The position numbers and the translations under genes were made by a program. Shown here one piece after another: positions 20,598-29,488 of a stretch of DNA of 64,000 bases. The DNA comes from Stellaceae bacterium (GTDB lineage Bacteria > Pseudomonadota > Alphaproteobacteria > ATCC43930 > CGMCC-115725), in NCBI GenBank assembly GCA_035534855.1, contig DATLRD010000090.1, positions 1,349 to 65,348 on the forward strand, written 5' to 3'. Within the stretch, counting starts at the first letter, position 1, and each line of letters begins with the position of its first letter. The notes under the pieces are model-generated. The model was not told the DNA's origin and did not search any database. It saw nothing but the letters and a program-made list of their open reading frames with translations.

Positions 20598-21794
20598 CTA
20601 GCCGCCGCCGGTCTGGGCCCAATCGAGCAGGCGACCGAGAAAGCGCTGGCCTTCGGCGAGTTCGGCGCGGGTGATGAATTCGTCGGGTTGGTGCGCCACG
20701 GTTATCGAGCCGGGCCCGCAGATCACCGCGGGGATGCCGGCCTGCTGATAGAGACCCGCCTCGCTGGCGAACGACACGGTGGTCGTCGTGTTGGTCCCGG
20801 TGAGCCGGCGGACCAGCGCCTCGGCCGGGGAATCCGCCTGCGGCACCAGCGGCGGCACTGCGACCAGCGCCTCGGTGGCAATCGCCGCGCCGGGATAGGC
20901 TGCCCGCATTGCCGGCAGCAACTCGTCATCGATGAAACGGTCGATCCGCGCCTTCAGCGCCGCGGGGTCGTCGCCCGGCACGGCGCGCAAATCCCAGGTA
21001 AAGGCGCAGTCGCGGGGGATGATGTTGACCGCCGCACCGCCCTCGATCGTGCCGACGCTCAGCGTCGTGTAGGGCGGGTCGAAGCCGCTGCCGGGCCGGC
21101 CGTGCGCCTCGGCCTCGGCGGCCAGGCGGCCGATCTCGCCGACGATCCGGGCAGCCGCGGCGATCGCGTTGACGCCGCGGCCGGGAGCGCTCGAATGCCC
21201 GTCGCGGCCGGTGACCGCGGTGCGGAAGAAGCAGCAGCCCTTCTGCGCGGTGGCGACCTGCATCGATGTCGGCTCGCCGATGATCGCCAGACGCGGCCGC
21301 GCCAGCCCGGCGGGCAGGGTAGCGATCAGCTCCGGCGCGCCAAAGCAGCCGGTCTCCTCGTCATGGGTGAAGGCAAGATGCAGCGGCACCGCAAGCGGCC
21401 GCGCCGCCATCTCGGGCACCAGGGCCAGCACCAGCGCGATGAACCCCTTCATATCGGCGGTGCCGCGCCCATAGAGCCGGCCGCCGTCGTTCCCCGGGCG
21501 CTCGGTCAGCGCGAACGGGTCGCTGGCCCATTGCTGGCCGGTGACCGGCACGACATCGGTATGGCCAGAGAGGATCACGCCGCCGCGCCCGGGCGGACCG
21601 ATCGTCGCAAACAGGTTGGCCTTGCCGGAGGCGGTGTCTCCGCTCAGCGCGCTCGCGATGCCGAAGCCGCGCAGGTAGTCGGCGATCCACTCGATCAGCG
21701 CCAGATTGGGGCGGGACGAGGTGGTATCGAAGGCGACGAGCCGCTCAAGGATGCCGAGCGTCGCCGCGAGTAAAGCTTCAGACGTAATCGCCAG
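20598..21794 (-). CDS. argE: acetylornithine deacetylase (M20 peptidase family)
   Basis: M20 motifs ([29 protein letters not shown]). The conserved N-terminus [29 protein letters not shown] lies upstream of the first ATG/GTG/TTG (21578). The start is tentatively CTG 21794 or ATT 21788. Confidence 0.75.
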   Translation of the reverse strand: MAITSEALLAATLGILERLVAFDTTSSRPNLALIEWIADYLRGFGIASALSGDTASGKANLFATIGPPGRGGVILSGHTDVVPVTGQQWASDPFALTERPGNDGGRLYGRGTADMKGFIALVLALVPEMAARPLAVPLHLAFTHDEETGCFGAPELIATLPAGLARPRLAIIGEPTSMQVATAQKGCCFFRTAVTGRDGHSSAPGRGVNAIAAAARIVGEIGRLAAEAEAHGRPGSGFDPPYTTLSVGTIEGGAAVNIIPRDCAFTWDLRAVPGDDPAALKARIDRFIDDELLPAMRAAYPGAAIATEALVAVPPLVPQADSPAEALVRRLTGTNTTTTVSFASEAGLYQQAGIPAVICGPGSITVAHQPDEFITRAELAEGQRFLGRLLDWAQTGGG

Positions 21795-22428
21795 TCCCGC
21801 CGGCTGGGGTGCCGATCATCGCCAGCACCTCGCGCCGGCTCGTCGCGTCGGCGCGGAACACGCCGAGCATGCGGCTTGTCACCATCGTGACGCCGGATTT
21901 GTGCACCCCGCGCGTCGTCATGCACTGATGTGCGCCCTCGATGACAACGGCGACGCCTTTCGGCTGCAGCACCTCGTCGATCGTGTTGGCCACCTGCGCG
22001 GTCATCTTCTCCTGGATCTGCAGCCGCTTGGCATAGACCTCGACGAGCCGCGCCAGCTTCGAGATGCCGACCACCCGGTTGTTGGGCAGGTAGGCGATGT
22101 GGACCTTGCCGATGATCGGCGCCAGATGGTGCTCGCAATGCGACTCAAAGCGGATGTCCTTGAGCATGACGATCTCGTCATACCCGTCCATCTCCTCGAA
22201 GGTGCGCTGCAGCAGCGCCACCGGGTCTTCGTCGTAGCCGCTGAAATATTCCTGATAGGCGCGCACCACCCGGTCTGGCGTGCCGACCAGGCCTTCGCGC
22301 GACGGGTCGTCGCCGGCCCAGCGGATGAGGGTGCGCACCGCTTCGAGCGCTTCTTCGCGGCCCGGGCGGCGGATCGTGCGCGGCTTGTGAATGCGTTCGA
22401 CGGAAGCGGGATTGGCGATAGACGACAT
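21778..22428 (-). CDS. folE: GTP cyclohydrolase I
   Basis: 216 aa from ATG 22428. Active-site region [22 protein letters not shown] and ...[15 protein letters not shown]. Confidence 0.92.
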   Translation of the reverse strand: MSSIANPASVERIHKPRTIRRPGREEALEAVRTLIRWAGDDPSREGLVGTPDRVVRAYQEYFSGYDEDPVALLQRTFEEMDGYDEIVMLKDIRFESHCEHHLAPIIGKVHIAYLPNNRVVGISKLARLVEVYAKRLQIQEKMTAQVANTIDEVLQPKGVAVVIEGAHQCMTTRGVHKSGVTMVTSRMLGVFRADATSRREVLAMIGTPAGGTGDYV

Positions 22429-22502
22429 CTGGCGTTCTTTCTTGGCGGGATCGTCGGCGTGGCCGCGCCCGCGGGGCCACAATGGTGACGGGGCGGCGCC
22501 GG

Positions 22503-22895
22503 TCAGTTGAGCCGCACCGCCTGCTGTGGGCTGTCGAGTGAAAAAGCCGGCACATGCGCCAGAAAGCGCTCGCCGGCCTGCGTCGACATCTCGTAATCGC
22601 CGACCATGATCCCCGACGGGGTCGGCAGTGGGCACGAGCTGGTGTATTCAAAACTTTCGCCGGGGGCGAGGACCGGCTGCTCGCCGACGACGCCCGGGCC
22701 GCGCACTTCCTGAAGCCGTCCGGCGCTGTCGGTGATGCGCCAGTGGCGATTGTGCAGCTGCACGGTCTCGCCGCCGCCGTTCTCAATCCGGACGTGATAC
22801 GCCCACACGAAGTGGTCGTCTGCCGGCGAGGAGTGCTGTTCGAGGTAGAACGGGCGGACTGTGATCTTGATTGAACGGGTCGTTTCGGAATACAT
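22503..22895 (-). CDS. apaG: ApaG (DUF525) protein
   Basis: 130 aa from ATG 22895: [48 protein letters not shown]...[19 protein letters not shown]. Confidence 0.9.
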   Translation of the reverse strand: MYSETTRSIKITVRPFYLEQHSSPADDHFVWAYHVRIENGGGETVQLHNRHWRITDSAGRLQEVRGPGVVGEQPVLAPGESFEYTSSCPLPTPSGIMVGDYEMSTQAGERFLAHVPAFSLDSPQQAVRLN

Positions 22896-23009
22896 CGGGT
22901 CGGCCTTCGCTGCGGAACCGGCGCGCCGCAACACAGCAGGCGCGCGCAAGGGGGCGGCGCGGCACAATGTCGGTTGCTCGGGCGGAAGCGTCAAGGCCGC
23001 GGCGCGGCG

Positions 23010-23882
23010 TCAGCCGCCCGGCGCCAGCAGCGCCAGCAGCCGTTCGTCGGGTAGCCGCGCCCCGTCGGGCCGGATCGTCTGGATGCAGACATGGTCCGCG
23101 CCGGAGTCCCAGTGCTCCTGGATGCGCTTGCGGATCGCCGCCTCGTCGCCCCACGCGACGTTGGCGTCGACAAGGCGGTCCGAGCCGCCGCCGGCAAGGT
23201 CGTCGCCAAAGCCCAGCCGGCGCCAGTTGTTGGCGTAATTGTCGAGCCGCAGGTACGGCGCCAGCGCCTGGCGCGCAGCGGCGCGAGCAGTCGCCGGGTC
23301 GGTTTCGAGCAGCACCCACACCTCGGGGCACAGAAGCTTGCCCGGGCCCATCAGGCGCCGCGCCTCGGCGGTATGTTCGGGTGGCACGTTATAGGGGTGC
23401 GAGCCGTCGGCCGCGCTCGCCGACAGTTCGAGCATGCGCGGGCCGAGTGCGGCGATGACGGTCGGCGGCTTTTCGGGCGGCTCCGGGGCCGCGTACTGCG
23501 CCGCCGCCATCGCCGCGAGATAGGCGCGCATCGTCGAGACCGGCTTGCCGTAGGTGTGGCCGCGCATTCCCTCGACCGAGGGAGCATGCGACACGCCGAG
23601 GCCGAGCAGAAAGCGCCCGCCCGATTGCTCGGCAAGCGCGCGCTGCCCGTTGGCCATCGCCATCGGGTCGCGGGCATAGATGTTGGCGATGCCCGGCGCA
23701 ACGATCAGCCGGGTGGTGTTGGCCAGCAGCCACGACGAGTGAACCAGCACGTTGCGGCCCCGGCTTTCGGGCAGCCACAGCGCACTGTAACCCCACGCTT
23801 CGACGCGCTTGGCGAAGGCGGCTCCGTCAGCCGCACTCATCGAGTCCATGGCGTTCCACACGCCAAGTCTGCCCAGTTTCAT
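23010..23882 (-). CDS. luciferase-like (LLM class) flavin/F420-dependent oxidoreductase
   Basis: 290 aa. LLM-type TIM-barrel pattern (LGVWNAMD...WLPESRGRN...GIANIYARDP...LGLGVSH). Confidence 0.75.
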   Translation of the reverse strand: MKLGRLGVWNAMDSMSAADGAAFAKRVEAWGYSALWLPESRGRNVLVHSSWLLANTTRLIVAPGIANIYARDPMAMANGQRALAEQSGGRFLLGLGVSHAPSVEGMRGHTYGKPVSTMRAYLAAMAAAQYAAPEPPEKPPTVIAALGPRMLELSASAADGSHPYNVPPEHTAEARRLMGPGKLLCPEVWVLLETDPATARAAARQALAPYLRLDNYANNWRRLGFGDDLAGGGSDRLVDANVAWGDEAAIRKRIQEHWDSGADHVCIQTIRPDGARLPDERLLALLAPGG

Positions 23883-23955
23883 GCGATCCCTCCGCCTGCC
23901 GCACCGCGATTTCGGCGCGGTATGGAGGTCATCTTACGGCGGGTTCGCATGCCGG

Positions 23956-24123
23956 TCACGCGTGCGGATCGGGCGAAGCCGTCACCGCGGCGACTGCGAT
24001 CAGCGCGGCGATCAGCTCGTATTCGATCGCCGTGACCCCGCTGTCGTCGCGCCACAATGCCGCAAGCGGCTGGCCGACCCTGCGGCCGAAAAGGTTCTTT
24101 TCGATTGTCCGCAACGTATCCAT
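23956..24123 (-). CDS. flp: Flp family type IVb pilin (55 aa; below the ORF-track size cut-off)
   Basis: MDTLRTIEKNLFGRRVGQPLAALWRDDSGVTAIEYELIAALIAVAAVTASPDPHA*. Contains the Flp signature G/(x)TAIEY(x)LIAALIAV. ATG 24123, TGA 23958-23956. Confidence 0.7.
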   Translation of the reverse strand: MDTLRTIEKNLFGRRVGQPLAALWRDDSGVTAIEYELIAALIAVAAVTASPDPHA

Positions 24124-24398
24124 GGTTTTCTTCTTGCCATTCGTCCTTAACCAAGAGTTTCGTGCGGTTGATTCGCCGAATCAAATTCTGTGCCAAACAT
24201 TAATAGGAAATCAATTCATGAATTTATCTTTAAAATTATTTGATAAATTTTTGGGTTTATTCAAACGAAGCATCGTTTTGGATTAATTATATTACGCATA
24301 TCGGGCGGGGCTCGGGCGACGGTTGAGGCGGCGCCGGGGCCGTCTGCCGCATCGCCTATTGTTTGCCCGGGTGCGCGCGCTGTATCACCTGAGGCGGC

Positions 24399-24509
24399 AT
24401 GTTGATTCTGTTCCTCATCGTCTTCATCGACCTGATCGGGTTCGGCATCGTTAACCGCGTCTGCGCTCGGACAAGCTCTGCGCGCGGGCAAAAAGGAGCC
24501 CGGGGATGA
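24399..24509 (+). other. 36-codon ORF resembling TM1 of a DHA1-type MFS transporter (gene remnant or leader ORF)
   Basis: MLILFLIVFIDLIGFGIVNRVCARTSSARGQKGARG*. The first 17 aa look like the conserved first helix of TetA/Bcr-type MFS proteins. Its TGA overlaps the ATG of the full MFS gene (ATGA at 24506-24509). Confidence 0.3.
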
Positions 24510-25858
24510 CGCCGCGCGAACTGCGTGCGACCGGCTCGCTCGCCGCGATCTTTGCGATGCGGTTGCTGGGCCTGTTCATGATCTACCCGGTGTTCGCGGG
24601 CTATGCCGGGCACCTGCGCGGCACGACGCCGGAGACGATCGGCCTCGCGCTCGGCGCCTACGGCCTGACGCAGGGATTGCTGCAGATCCCGTTCGGCCTG
24701 TTGTCCGACCGCATCGGGCGAAAGGTGGTGATCGCCGGCGGGCTGCTGCTGTTCGGCATCGGCAGTGTTGTCGCGGCGCTCGCTACGACGATCGACGGGA
24801 TGATCCTCGGGCGCATCCTGCAAGGCACGGGCGCGATCGGTTCGGCGACCCTGGCGCTGATCGCCGACCTGACGCGCGAGGAGGTGCGCACCCGGGCGAT
24901 GGCGATGGTCGGGATGACGATTGGGTTTTCATTTGTCGTGGCGATCGTCGTCGGGCCGTTGATCGCGGCGGCTGCAGGGGTGCCGGCGATCTTCTGGCTG
25001 ACCGCGGTGCTGGCTGTTGTCGGGATCGCCATCGCCGTCGGTGCGGTGCCGGCGCCGGCGCGTCTCGTCCGCCACGGCGACGCCGAGGCAGTGCCGGCGC
25101 TGCTGGCGCGGGTGCTCCGCGACGGCGAACTATTGCGGCTCGATTTCGCGATCTTCGCGCTGCACGTGATCCTGACAGCGAGCTTCCTCGCCGTGCCGGC
25201 GCTGCTGGTCCACACGCTGCATCTGTCGAACGAGCGCAATTGGCTCGTCTACCTGCCGGTACTGGCGGCGTCCGTGGTGCTGATGGTGCCGGCGATCATC
25301 ATCGCCGAGAAGCGGAACCTGATGAAGGGGACGTTCGTCGCCGCGATCACACTGCTCGCTGCCAGCCTGATTGCGCTGTGGGCGGTCGGGCAGTTTGCCG
25401 CGGCGGCGGTGGCGGCGCTGGTCGGCTTCTTTACCGCGTTCAACGTGATGGAGGCGCTGCTGCCGTCGCTCGTCACCAAGACCGCCCCGGCCGGCGCCAA
25501 GGGCACTGCGACCGGTGTCTATTCGAGCGCGCAGTTCCTCGGCATTTTCGTCGGCGGTGCGGCGGGCGGCTGGGCGCTGGCGGCGGGCGGCCCCCGCGGT
25601 GTCTTCGCTTTTGCCGTGGTGGTGGCGCTGGTATGGCTGCTGCTGGCGCTGACGATGCGCCGGCCGGGCGCCTATTCGAGCTATCTGGCGCCGCTGGGCA
25701 CCGCCGACCGCGGCGAAGTCGGCGCCCTCGCCGCTCGGCTCGCCGCCGTGCCGGGGGTGGTCGAAGCCGCCGTCGCCGTCGACGAAGGTGTCGTTCACCT
25801 GAAGATCGACCGCCACCGCTTCGATCCGGCCGCCGTCACTCGCATCGTCGGCGGCTAG
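24506..25858 (+). CDS. MFS transporter with a C-terminal soluble extension
   Basis: 450 aa with a 12-TM-like hydrophobic pattern and motif A GLLSDRIGRK. The last ~65 aa (GEVGALAARLAAVPGVVEAAVAVDEGVVHLKIDRHRFDPAAV) resemble an HMA/ferredoxin-like fold without CxxC. Confidence 0.85.
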   Translation: MTPRELRATGSLAAIFAMRLLGLFMIYPVFAGYAGHLRGTTPETIGLALGAYGLTQGLLQIPFGLLSDRIGRKVVIAGGLLLFGIGSVVAALATTIDGMILGRILQGTGAIGSATLALIADLTREEVRTRAMAMVGMTIGFSFVVAIVVGPLIAAAAGVPAIFWLTAVLAVVGIAIAVGAVPAPARLVRHGDAEAVPALLARVLRDGELLRLDFAIFALHVILTASFLAVPALLVHTLHLSNERNWLVYLPVLAASVVLMVPAIIIAEKRNLMKGTFVAAITLLAASLIALWAVGQFAAAAVAALVGFFTAFNVMEALLPSLVTKTAPAGAKGTATGVYSSAQFLGIFVGGAAGGWALAAGGPRGVFAFAVVVALVWLLLALTMRRPGAYSSYLAPLGTADRGEVGALAARLAAVPGVVEAAVAVDEGVVHLKIDRHRFDPAAVTRIVGG

Positions 25859-25952
25859 CGATGGCGCGGTCGAAGCGATTGTGCGGCTGGCTGTGGGGCG
25901 CGATGCGCGCCATCGACGGCGGCGCGATGGCGCAGCCGGTGCGGCCCGGCCG

Positions 25953-27794
25953 ATGAGCCCGCGGGGCCGCCCGCCGCCCTCGGCGATCGACGGCCCGCAG
26001 GGCCGGATGATCGACGGGCTGCGCGCCTTCAAGGCGGTCTTACCGTATCTCTGGCCGCGTCACGCGCTCGAGCTGCGGGTGCGGGTGGTGGCCGCGGTGC
26101 TGGCGCTGTTCGCCGGCAAGCTGGTCAATATCGGCGTCCCGCTTCTCTACAAGCACGCTGTCGATCGCCTGAACGGCGCCGGCGGTGCGGCGGTCGCGGT
26201 GCCGGTGATGCTGGTCGTCGCCTACGGGGTGTCGCGGGTGATGGCCCAGGGCTTTGGCGAATTGCGCGACGCAGTGTTCGCCAAAGTCGAGCAGCGCGCG
26301 GTGCGGCGGGTGGCGCTGTCGGCGTTCCGCCATCTGCACGCGCTGTCGCTGCGTTTTCACCTCGAGCGGCGTACCGGCGGTCTGGCGCGGTCGGTTGGGC
26401 GCGGCGTCCAGGCGATCAACTTTCTGCTCTCCTTCATCCTGTTCAACGTCGTCCCGACGCTGATCGAGATTCTCGTCGTCTGCGTGGTGTTGTGGCGGCT
26501 CTACAACTGGACCTTCGCTGCGGTCACCTTCGCGACGATCGCCGCCTATATTGCCTTCACCTTTGCCGTCACCGACTGGCGGGTGCGCTTTCGGCGCGAG
26601 ATGAACGAGCGCGACACCGAGGCGAATTCAAAATCGGTCGACGCATTCCTCAATTTCGAGACGGTCAAGTATTTTGCCAACGAAGAGCATGAGGTCGAGC
26701 GCTACGACCTCTCGCTTTACGGCTACGAGCGCGCCGCGGTCAAAAGCGAAACGACGCTGGCGCTGTTGAATGTCGGCCAGGGCGCGATCATCGGCTGCGG
26801 GCTTGTCGGAATCATGCTGCTGGCTGCCGAGGGGGTCGCCGCCGGGCGCATGACGGTCGGCGATTTCGTGCTGGTCAACGCCTATCTGGTCCAGCTCTAC
26901 ATGCCGCTCAATTTCCTCGGCATGGTCTATCGCAACATCAAGCAGTCGCTGGCCGATCTCGAGCAGCTGATGCGGCTGATGGCGATCCCGCCCGATATCG
27001 TCGATCGGCCTGGCGCGGCGGAACTGGTGGTCGCCCGCGGCGCGGTGGCGTTTCACGCGGTCGATTTCCGCTACGACCCGCGCCGGCCGATCCTGAACGC
27101 GGTGGATTTCCGCGTCCCACCCGGCGCCACGGTCGCGATCGTCGGCGCCAGCGGCGCCGGCAAGTCGACGATCACCCGGCTGCTGTTCCGGTTTTACGAT
27201 GTCGATGTCGGGGCGATCGAGATCGACGGCCAGGATTTGCGCGAGGTGACGCAGGACAGTCTGCGCCGCGCGATCGGCGTGGTGCCGCAGGATACCGTGC
27301 TGTTCAACGACACGATCCTCTACAACATCGCCTATGGCCGCCCCGGCGCGACCCGGGCCGAGATTGAGAACGCCGCGCGCCTCGCCCGCATCCACGATTT
27401 CGTCGCCGGCCTGCCCGACGGCTACGACACGATGGTCGGGGAGCGCGGGCTCAAGCTCTCGGGCGGCGAAAAGCAGCGCGTCGCGATTGCCCGGGTGATC
27501 CTCAAGAACCCGCCGATCCTGGTGTTCGACGAGGCGACCTCGGCGCTCGACACCAAGACCGAGCGCGAAATCCAGGCGAGCCTTGCCGAGATCGCAACCG
27601 ACCGCACGACGCTGGTCATCGCCCACCGGCTGTCGACCGTGGTTGATGCCGACGAGATTCTGGTGTTCGATCACGGTCGCATCGTCGAGCGCGGCGATCA
27701 TCACGCGCTGACCGCCAAGGGCGGCGTCTACGCCGCGATGTGGGCCCGCCAGCAGGAGGCGGCGCGCCGTGAGGCCGCGCTGGTCGGCGAGTGA
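25953..27794 (+). CDS. Atm1/ABCB7-type ABC exporter (fused permease and ATPase)
   Basis: N-terminal 6-TM domain ([17 protein letters not shown]...). NBD with [22 protein letters not shown] and [12 protein letters not shown]. The start is ATG 25953 or 26007. Confidence 0.85.
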   Translation: MSPRGRPPPSAIDGPQGRMIDGLRAFKAVLPYLWPRHALELRVRVVAAVLALFAGKLVNIGVPLLYKHAVDRLNGAGGAAVAVPVMLVVAYGVSRVMAQGFGELRDAVFAKVEQRAVRRVALSAFRHLHALSLRFHLERRTGGLARSVGRGVQAINFLLSFILFNVVPTLIEILVVCVVLWRLYNWTFAAVTFATIAAYIAFTFAVTDWRVRFRREMNERDTEANSKSVDAFLNFETVKYFANEEHEVERYDLSLYGYERAAVKSETTLALLNVGQGAIIGCGLVGIMLLAAEGVAAGRMTVGDFVLVNAYLVQLYMPLNFLGMVYRNIKQSLADLEQLMRLMAIPPDIVDRPGAAELVVARGAVAFHAVDFRYDPRRPILNAVDFRVPPGATVAIVGASGAGKSTITRLLFRFYDVDVGAIEIDGQDLREVTQDSLRRAIGVVPQDTVLFNDTILYNIAYGRPGATRAEIENAARLARIHDFVAGLPDGYDTMVGERGLKLSGGEKQRVAIARVILKNPPILVFDEATSALDTKTEREIQASLAEIATDRTTLVIAHRLSTVVDADEILVFDHGRIVERGDHHALTAKGGVYAAMWARQQEAARREAALVGE

Positions 27795-28776
27795 GGCCGC
27801 GCTGACGGCGCTCGCCGACCTCGTCATCGCGCTGCGCGCCGGCGACCGGCGCGCCTTGGCACGGGCGGTGACGCTGGTCGAATCGACGCGTCCCGATCAT
27901 CGCGGCGAGGCCGAGCGACTGCTCGACGCGATCCTGCCGCTTACCGGCAACGCGACGCGGGTCGGTATCTCCGGCCCTCCCGGCGCCGGCAAATCGACCT
28001 TTATCGAGCGCTTTGGCCTCGACGGCATCGCCGCCGGGCACCGGCTGGCGGTGCTGGCGGTCGATCCGGGCTCCAAGCGCGGCGGCGGCGCGATCCTCGG
28101 CGACAAGACCCGGATGGCGGAATTGTCGCGCAACCCGGGTGCCTATATCCGCCCGTCCTCGGCCGGAACGCAGACCGGCGGCGTCGCGCGGCGCACGCGC
28201 GAGGCGATTCTGGTGTGCGAGGCCGCCGGGTTCGACACGGTCGTCGTCGAAACCGTCGGCGCAGGTCAGGCCGAGACCACGGTCGCCGAGATGGTCGACA
28301 TGTTCGTGCTGATCCTGCCGCCCGCCGCCGGCGACGAATTGCAGGGGCTGAAGCGCGGGATCATCGAGCTCGCGGACCTGATCCTTGTCAACAAGGCCGA
28401 CGGCGATCTCGAAGCCCACGCCCGGGCCACCGCCGCCGAATATGCCAGTGCGCTGCGTCTGGTGCCGCCGGCCGTGCCGGACTGGGAGGTGTCGGTGCGC
28501 GCGGTTTCGGCGCTGTCCGGTGAGGGCGTGGCAGAAATCTGGGACGATGTGGCCCGCTTCCGCGCCCGGCTCGAAGCCAGCGGGCTGTGGCGTGAGCGCC
28601 GCGCGGCGCAGGCTCGGGCGGCGCTGTGGGCTGAGCTTGGCGAGGCGCTGATCGAGCGGTTTCGCGCCACACCGGTGGTCGCCGGCCGGCTCGCCGCGAT
28701 CGAGGCCGAGGTTTCCGCCGGCACGCGCTCGCCGGAGGCCGCGGCGCGCGAATTGCTCGCCGCGTTTCTCGGCTGA
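27769..28776 (+). CDS. meaB: MeaB/ArgK-type G3E family GTPase
   Basis: 335 aa with RALARAVTLVES, P-loop GPPGAGKSTFIE, VETVGAGQ and NKADG. GTG start overlaps the exporter 3' end by 26 nt. Confidence 0.88.
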   Translation: MRPRWSASEAALTALADLVIALRAGDRRALARAVTLVESTRPDHRGEAERLLDAILPLTGNATRVGISGPPGAGKSTFIERFGLDGIAAGHRLAVLAVDPGSKRGGGAILGDKTRMAELSRNPGAYIRPSSAGTQTGGVARRTREAILVCEAAGFDTVVVETVGAGQAETTVAEMVDMFVLILPPAAGDELQGLKRGIIELADLILVNKADGDLEAHARATAAEYASALRLVPPAVPDWEVSVRAVSALSGEGVAEIWDDVARFRARLEASGLWRERRAAQARAALWAELGEALIERFRATPVVAGRLAAIEAEVSAGTRSPEAAARELLAAFLG

Positions 28777-28786
28777 GGCGGCGGCG

Positions 28787-29488
28787 CTACACGCCGAGAT
28801 GCCGGCGCAACACCTCGGGCTGCTCGCGCAGCGCCGCGGCGGTCAGCTCTTCGACCACATGGCCGTTGCGCAGGATATAGACCCGGTCGGCAAGGCTCAT
28901 CGCCGCCGAGATGTTCTGCTCGACGACGACGATGGTATGCCCGGACGCGGCCAGCGCGCGGCAGGTGCCGAGCAGGTCGCGTACGATGATCGGTGCCAGC
29001 CCTTCAAACGGCTCGTCGAGCAGGATGATCTTGGGGTCACGCACCAGTGCGCGGGCGATTGCCAGCATCTGCTGCTCGCCGCCCGACAGGTCGGTGCCCC
29101 GGCTGCGCCGCCGCTCTTTGAGGCGCGGAAACATTTCCCACACCCGGTCGAGCGGCCAGCGCGATTTGGCGGTCAGCCCGGCCAGCACCAGGTTTTCCTC
29201 GACGTTGAGGCTGCCGAAGATGCGCCGGTCCTCAGGCACCAACTGCAGCCCGAGCGCGGCGATGCGGTGCGGCGGCAGCGCGTGGGTCGGGGTGCCGTCG
29301 AGCGCGATCCGCCCCGAGCGCGGGCGCACCACGCCGATCAGGCTTTTCAGCGTCGTGCTCTTACCGGCGCCGTTGCGGCCGAGCAGCGCCACGACCTCGT
29401 TCTGTTCGACGTGCAGCGACACGTCGAACAGAATGTGGCTGTCGCCGTAATAGCTGTTGAGGTTTTCGACCTCGAGCAGCGCGCTCAT
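28787..29488 (-). CDS. livF: branched-chain amino acid ABC transporter ATP-binding protein (LivF-type)
   Basis: 233 aa from ATG 29488 (MSALLEVENLNSYYG...GRNGAGKST...LSGGEQQMLAIARAL...LLLDEP). The 852-aa track ORF is a read-through of this frame over the upstream gene. Confidence 0.9.
   Translation of the reverse strand: MSALLEVENLNSYYGDSHILFDVSLHVEQNEVVALLGRNGAGKSTTLKSLIGVVRPRSGRIALDGTPTHALPPHRIAALGLQLVPEDRRIFGSLNVEENLVLAGLTAKSRWPLDRVWEMFPRLKERRRSRGTDLSGGEQQMLAIARALVRDPKIILLDEPFEGLAPIIVRDLLGTCRALAASGHTIVVVEQNISAAMSLADRVYILRNGHVVEELTAAALREQPEVLRRHLGV

Noticed and set aside
23879-24196. 105-aa minus-strand ORF and the 84-aa plus-strand ORF (24032-24286) across the same region
   Set aside because: Both overlap the far more convincing Flp pilin frame or run through the AT-rich non-coding block. 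Neither has motifs or sensible composition.
24218-24286. 22-codon ORF (MNLSLKLFDKFLGLFKRSIVLD) inside the AT-rich island
   Set aside because: It has no ribosome-binding site, and its codon usage simply reflects the AT-rich DNA. An open frame this short is expected by chance.
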